From: the human T2T-CHM13v2.0 reference genome, Homo sapiens
Length of the DNA stretch: 64,000 nucleotides
Assembly (NCBI RefSeq): GCF_009914755.1
Contig: NC_060932.1
Direction: 5' to 3' (one strand)
Part shown: piece by piece, positions 58,360-64,000 of the stretch
Position numbering within the stretch: the first letter of the stretch is position 1
Layout of the letters: every line of letters begins with the position of its first letter
The notes under the pieces: model-generated
Databases searched by the model: none
What the model saw: only the letters and a program-made list of their open reading frames with translations
Told to the model about the DNA's origin: nothing
Made by a program: the position numbers and the translations under genes

Positions 58360-59935
58360 CTCTTAGAAATCCTTTTATCCTATTTGATGACCATGAAGTT
58401 TTGATTGCGGTGTAAAGTGGAATGAAGTGACTGACCTCATTTCTAGAAGATTCTAGTGGGCCAATGCTCAGCTCCCAACTTCTGGACTGTATGCTCTAAC
58501 TATGGGGGACTTGCCTTGATCCCTGACTTTGTCCTCTGGCTCCTTGAGTTTAGGTATCCACTGTGTTGAGGGGGGTCGAGGTACTCCCGGACCATTGGTC
58601 ACTACACTCCGATGGGTGGTGTCGGCCAAAGCATTTCATAGTGCGGTTACAGCAAGATCCATTCTTGCTCACACGTGCCAGCAGCAGTGGTAGTGGCAGC
58701 ATGGTAGGTTGCACGCTTGTCAGCTGAGGCAGAGTGCTAGCAGGTGCCAGAGTGCCTGCCTCCCTTCATCATAGGGGTGGAGGCAATGCAGCTGTGGGGG
58801 TGGGAGCTTGGTGGAGAAGCCTGATTGCAATTGTGTGCATGGTCATACTGGTGGTGGTATTGGCTTGGGGGTAGGGTGCTGGCAGACAACACAGGTCTGT
58901 GTGCCTTCTCTGTGCCCTGTAACAGGAGTGGTTGTTCGGGGCAGGTGAGGATCCACTGTTCTCTGTGCCTAGTTTCACTCCCTCAGCAGTGTTAGCACAA
59001 GAGTGGGGCACTGGCGGGGGCAGGGCTGGCTGGCTCTGTGCCTGCCAAGTCTCCATCTGCAGTGATGGTTTGCGGAGGGAGGAGTGGCAGACTGTACTCC
59101 CGCCACAGCAGTGGCAGGGCACGGTGCACACATACTCGCCTGCTGGTGGATCAAGGAAAGCAAAATCTGCCCATTCAGACACATGCCAGCAAAGCAATGT
59201 GAGGAGTTGCACTGGGCCCTAGGGAAGCTGCAGTGTGGAGAGGGTGCATGCAGGCTGGTGCGTAGGCATGGGGGCCGCCATGCTAGAGCTCCTCGCAGGT
59301 TAGGTATAGTGTGCCAGTGCAGAAGCTATGATGTAGCTCCCAGGGCGCTGCAAGCAGGTGTGGCCAGGCTGGGGCCCTGGGAGAGGCCGGCAGACTGAGG
59401 GGTGCTCAGGTTGGACTGGCCCTATTTGATGGGCAAGACCACCCTGCAGAGTTCAGGACTGACAGTTCTCCAAGGGCTAAAGGCTCCTATGGGAGCAAGT
59501 GGAGCCTAGGGTGATGGCCATCCCTGGCCCTGCTCTGCTACAGATGCTCCAGGACCAAACCCTCTGGGCTCCACATCGGCTGGTTTGCTGCCTCCTATTT
59601 CTTCTCTAAGCAGCTCTCCCTGCCAACTTGTGTCTATGGTGGCTGAAGGGTCTCCTTCTGCTGGAGTTCCAGAGACTCGTGGTGAAAGTGAGTTGCTCCA
59701 TACCAGTTCAACTCACCTGTTCCCCTGGAGCTGCTGGGGCACAGGGACAACACCAGGTATGCAGCAGACCCATGTAGGGTTCCCAGGTTTCCCCCTCTCA
59801 GTCCACCTTCTGTGTGTTCCCTCTGTTCACTTTCAGTGCCTTCCCTTTGAAGATCTTCTAGGAGTATACCAGTCATCTCGGTCCCTTGGTGGCAGCTGTT
59901 TTACGTGGCTGCATCTAGTCAGCCATCTTGCCCCC
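58360..59935 (-). mobile_element. 5'UTR region of an older primate L1 (L1PA13-16/L1PB-like)
   Basis: The reverse complement begins GGGGCAAGATGGCTGACTAGATGCAGCC. The GC-rich UTR explains the overlapping ORFs. Confidence 0.75.
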
Positions 59936-60095
59936 GCTCAAAAACTTCTTACTGTTAATGTGGGAAAAACTGAATGCTATTCCTCTAAGATCTTCACAAG
60001 GCAAAGATGCGCACTCTTGCCATTTCTATTGAATACAGGACTGTATGTATGAGCAAGAGCAATTAGTCGAGAAAAAAATAAAAAGTACACAAGCC

Positions 60096-61822
60096 CTTTT
60101 TTCATGTGTGTTGGCCGCATAAATATCTTCTTTTGAGAAGTGTCTGTTCATGTCCTTTGCCCACTTTTTAATGGGGTTGCTTGTTTTTTTCTGGTAAACT
60201 TGTTTAAGTTCCTTATAGACGCTGGATATTAGACCTTTGATGGATAGATTGCAAAAATTTTCTCCCATTCTGTAGGTTATTTGTTCACTCTGATGACAGT
60301 TTCTTTTGCTTTAATTAGAAATTATAGAAATTATAAATTACTTTGGGCAGTATGGCCATTTTCATGATATTAGATAGCTCTTTTGTTTAATTAGACCCCA
60401 TTTGTCAGTTTTTGCTTTTGTTGCCATTGCTTTTGATGTTTTCATCATGAAATCTTTGCCCATGTCTATTTCCTGAATAGTGTTGCCTAGATTTTCTTCT
60501 AGGGTTTTTATAGTTTTGGGTTTTATATTTAAGTCTTTAATCCATCTTGACTTAATTTTTGTATAAGGCTTAAGGAAGGGGTCTAGTTTCATTTTTCTGT
60601 GTATGGCTAGCCAGTTCTCCCAGCACCATTTATTAAATAGGGAATTATTTCACCATTGCTTGTTTTTGTCAGGTTTGTTGAAGATTAGATGATTGTAGAT
60701 GTGTGGTCTTATTTTTGAGTTTCTCTATTCTGTTACATTGGTCTATGTGTCCGTTTTTGTATCAGTACCACGCTGTTTTGGTTATTGTAACCTTGTAGTA
60801 TGATTTGAAGGTGGGTAGTGTGATGCCTCCAGCTTTGTTCTTTTTGCTTAGCATTGTCTTAGCTATCCAGGCTCTTGTTTTGGTTCCATATGAATTTTAA
60901 AATAGTTTTTTTTTCTAATTCTTTGAAGAATGTCAGTATGTCAGTGGTAGCTTGATGAGAATAGCATAGAAATTATAAATTACTTTGGGCAGTATGGCCA
61001 TTTTCACGATATTGATTCTTCCTATCCATGAGCTCACCATCACTGATCATTAGAGAAATGCAAGTCAAAACCACAGTGAGATACCATCTCTTGCCAGTCA
61101 GAATGGCGGTTATTAAAACATCAAGAAAAACAGATGCCAGTGAGGCTGCAGAGAGATAGGAATGCTTTTCCACTGTTGGTGGGAATGTAAGTTAGTTCAA
61201 TCATTGTGGAAGATGGTGTGGCAATTCCTCAAAGTCCTAGAATCAGAAATACCATTTGACCCATCAATCCCATTCCTGGGTATATACCCAAAGGAATATA
61301 AATCATTCTATTATAAAGATACATGCACGTATATGTTCATTGCAGCACTATTCACAATAGCAAAGACATGGAATCAACCCAAATGCCTGTCATTGGCAGA
61401 CTAAACAAAGAAACTGTGGTACATATAGACCATGGAATACTATGCAGCCATAAAAAGGAATCAGATCATGTCCTTTGCAGGGACACGGATGAAGCTGAAA
61501 GCCATTATCCTCAGTAAACTGACAAAGGAGCAGAAAACCAAACACTGCACGTTCTGACTCATAAGTGTGAGCTGAACAATGAGAAGACATGGACATAGGG
61601 AGGGGAGCAAGACACACTGGGGCCCGTTGGGGTGAGGAGGGTGGGGGTATGGGGAGGGAGCGCATCAGGAAAAATAGCTAATGCATGATGGGCTTAATAC
61701 TTAGATGATAGGTTGATAGGTGCAGCAAACCACCATGGCACACATTGACCTACGTAATAAACCTGCACATCCTACACATGTACCCCAGGGCTTAAAATAA
61801 ACAGAAACAGAAACAAAAAAAA
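60096..61822. mobile_element. L1PA8-11-type element with 5' inversion, inserted in an older L1 ORF2 fragment
   Basis: Minus-strand ORF2 at 60096-61033, then plus-strand ORF2 end, 3'UTR and A tail. The host L1 at 59955-60095 resumes at about 61840. Confidence 0.9.
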
Positions 61823-62059
61823 AGGAAGTAAAAAATAAGCCTAAAAGGAAAAAGTAAAATTTTTTCTATTTGCCGATGACGTGATCCTACATAGAGAAAA
61901 CTCAAAACACGTCATAAAAATTGTTAAATCCAGTAAAGTAGCAGGATACAGAATCAACATACAAAAATCAGTTGCATTTCTTTACACCAGTAATGATCTA
62001 TCTGAAAAAGAAATCAGGAAAACACAATCCATCATAATAGCATCAAAAAGAATAAAATA

Positions 62060-62420
62060 GAGGGTGGAACAAGGTGGCCAAATAGAACCTTCCAGTAGTC
62101 ATTCCCCTGCAGGGACATCAAGTTCAACAAACATCCTCACGAGCCCAGGCGGCACAGTGTGAAGACAGAGTCTACCTCCTTAGGAAGTAAAAGGAATGTT
62201 AGTGTGGGATTTTGCATTGGAGGCTAGTGCTGACCCCACTGCAGTGGAACACAGCACTGGGCAGAGCCTCCAAGGCCCTTGATTCTAGGCTGGAGGCCAC
62301 AGAGGGAGCATTTAGACCCCCGCCCCGGGTCAGAGGGAAATCTGCTACCTCAGCAGGAGGAATCCAAGTTCCAGTCCACTTCACAACCACCTAACTAAAG
62401 TGGCCTTCCGCCAGACCCTA
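62060..62420 (+). mobile_element. Old L1 5' end fragment
   Basis: GAGGGTGGAACAAGGTGGCCAAATAGAACCTTCCAG; similar to the 5'UTR at 15607-16830. Confidence 0.65.
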
Positions 62421-62844
62421 AAACAAAGATTTGCATTCAGGTAGATTATTTGGAAGATGATTTAAGGACGTACCAGTGCAGGAGTTGTCGCGGGACAGTG
62501 AGACCAGGGCAGTTTGACAATCAATAAAGGGTGCATCATTGGCAAGCTACCTGTGAACAAAGGGAGCATAATTCCACTGGACAACACCAGGAGGCAGTGT
62601 TATACAAGCCTAAGGGTAATTCCACCTGACCAGGTACAGCACAAAGATATGTGGCCTCCAACTCCCAACATCCTGGGCTGAATAGTGGTCCCAGACCCAT
62701 AGTTTTCAAGTCTATCTAGCCTGCCTGAGGACATGCCAAGAGAAAGCCTTCGCATAGAGTCCCGAGTTCACGTGGCAGGACGCCAGAGGCATGTTCTAGA
62801 ACAGTAGGTGCCGAAGGCACAGCACAAGGAAACACTCACTGGTG

Positions 62845-62985
62845 GAATGTTCTCAAAACAAAGAAATGATAAATGTTTGAAGTGATAGATGTGCTAATTA
62901 TCATGATTTGATCATTACACAATGTATGTATGTATAAGAACACCACATTGTACCCTGTAAACATGTATATTGTGTCAATAAAGAA
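62845..62985 (+). mobile_element. L1MA 3'UTR fragment
   Basis: GAATGTTCTCAAAACAAAGAAATGATAAATGTTTGAAGTGATAGATGTGCTAATT. Confidence 0.8.
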
Positions 62986-63295
62986 ACAAAAATTATGTTG
63001 TATAGAGAAAAATGCATAAGAAACAGCAAGAGTTGTAGATCAATACCATGAATGTAAATAAAAAACACCAGCATAAACAAAGCCATATGACATATATCAC
63101 CCTCATACCACACACATGGGGCTCTTTCAGACACATTGCCCAGTGCCTTCAGGTAGAGAGGCCAGTGGGAATGAGGATGATGGATGAAGGGAAGAAAAAT
63201 TTTTAAAAGAAGTCTAATGGGAACTGATGAAGAAAGTATACCATAAACTTGGAGTGTGATTAAAGCCTTCCATCTTCCTCTTTTGCCTCCTCTAG

Positions 63296-63470
63296 GTTAC
63301 CAGTTCTGCTTTTCCTGGACCTGTTCCAAGCTCTCACGTTCCACATCACACATGGGACATCTAGTGTCAGGCTCCCAGAGAGCAGGAACCAGGTGAAATA
63401 CAAGAGCACAGTCCTCCCAGCCGGTGGCATGGGGATAATCGGACAATACAACTCTCCACCCTTTTTTATG
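63296..63470 (+). other. NAT1: NAT1 internal non-coding exon (175 nt), probably used by distal NATa transcripts
   Basis: Strong acceptor with a long pyrimidine tract (CTTCCATCTTCCTCTTTTGCCTCCTCTAG|, AG at 63294-63295) and donor ATG|GTAAGA (63471). Position just upstream of the NATb exon fits the known NAT1 structure. Confidence 0.75.
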
Positions 63471-63549
63471 GTAAGATATGAATAAGGGGTCCACAGGAGC
63501 AACCTGAGTCCCTGCAACTACATTTCCCAGGGGCCCCTGGGGTAACCCT

Positions 63550-63630
63550 AATGTGACTCTGGGGGCGGGGCCAGTTGGACATCCAATGAGAGCACTTCCC
63601 CTGCAGACTTTGGAAGTGAGAGCACTTCCT
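63550..63630 (+). promoter_or_regulatory. NAT1: NAT1 major promoter (NATb/P1) core: TATA-less, with GC box, CCAAT and ETS-type motifs
   Basis: GGGGCGGGGC at 63562-63571, TGACTCT at 63554-63560, CCAAT at 63583-63587, CACTTCC/GGAAGTG at 63593, 63612 and 63623. Lies immediately upstream of sequence I recognise as the 5' end of the NAT1 mRNA. Confidence 0.85.
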
Positions 63631-63695
63631 CATAGACCTTGGATGTGGGAGGATTGCATTCAGTCTAGTTCCTGGTTGCCGGCTGAAATAACCTG
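63624..63695 (+). other. NAT1: NAT1 non-coding first exon of NATb transcripts (5' boundary approximate)
   Basis: ACTTCCTCATAGACCTTGGATGTGGGAGGATTGCATTCAGTCTAGTTCCTGGTTGCCGGCTGAAATAACCTG matches my recollection of the NAT1 5'UTR. Ends at a consensus donor CTG|GTAAGT (GT at 63696). Confidence 0.9.
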
Positions 63696-64000
63696 GTAAG
63701 TGGAACTCTGTAAGGGGCTTTGAAATTGGGGTTTAATCCTATCTCAACTGTGAGTACAGGAGAGTAGGTTCTACACGATGTCTACATTTCAAGTATAAGG
63801 TTGCTCAGAAAGTGTGGCTGGCACATACTTGGAAGCTAATGCTGTCACTACTCCACAGCTTAGTGGTGACAGTTACAGGTCCTTGATTCAAACTGTTGGG
63901 TTTACAGTCACAGCCACTTTATAGCTGTGAGAACTTGGCCTAGTCACTTAGTTTCCCTAAAACTCAGTTTCTTTTTCAGTAAAATGGAGCTACGAGTACT

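Noticed and set aside
58769-60052. Cluster of overlapping 70-155 aa ORFs in GC-rich DNA
   Set aside because: They lie in a reverse L1 5'UTR. Stop-poor composition explains them and I see no recognisable domain.

Overview
Human/primate genomic DNA that is dominated by interspersed repeats and has no intact protein-coding exon. I recognise it, from memory of the NAT1 mRNA, as the upstream and 5' non-coding region of NAT1 (arylamine N-acetyltransferase 1, 8p22) on the + strand. The main promoter and first exon (NATb/P1) are at about 63.55-63.70 kb, with a 175-nt non-coding exon just upstream. The distal alternative promoter (NATa/P3) most likely lies about 39.6 kb further upstream, at about 24 kb. 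The NAT1 ORF is beyond the right edge. The rest is nested L1, Alu, ERV1/ERVL/MaLR LTRs, a Ricksha-like MULE DNA transposon and MER20. I found no new enzyme system or novel gene. The most interesting observations are: (1) an old L1 that apparently carried a mitochondrial insertion (ND3-tRNAArg-ND4L NUMT) here by 3' transduction, shown by a second poly(A) tail and a 12-bp target-site duplication (TSD) around the whole unit; (2) inverted repeats bracketing that NUMT; (3) the NATa promoter and first exons appear to be built from an ERV1 LTR, its primer-binding site and its splice donor; (4) a TMA7 mRNA fragment replaces part of an L1 body; (5) three short locally templated insertions. Repeat subfamily names are from recognition, not from a database search.
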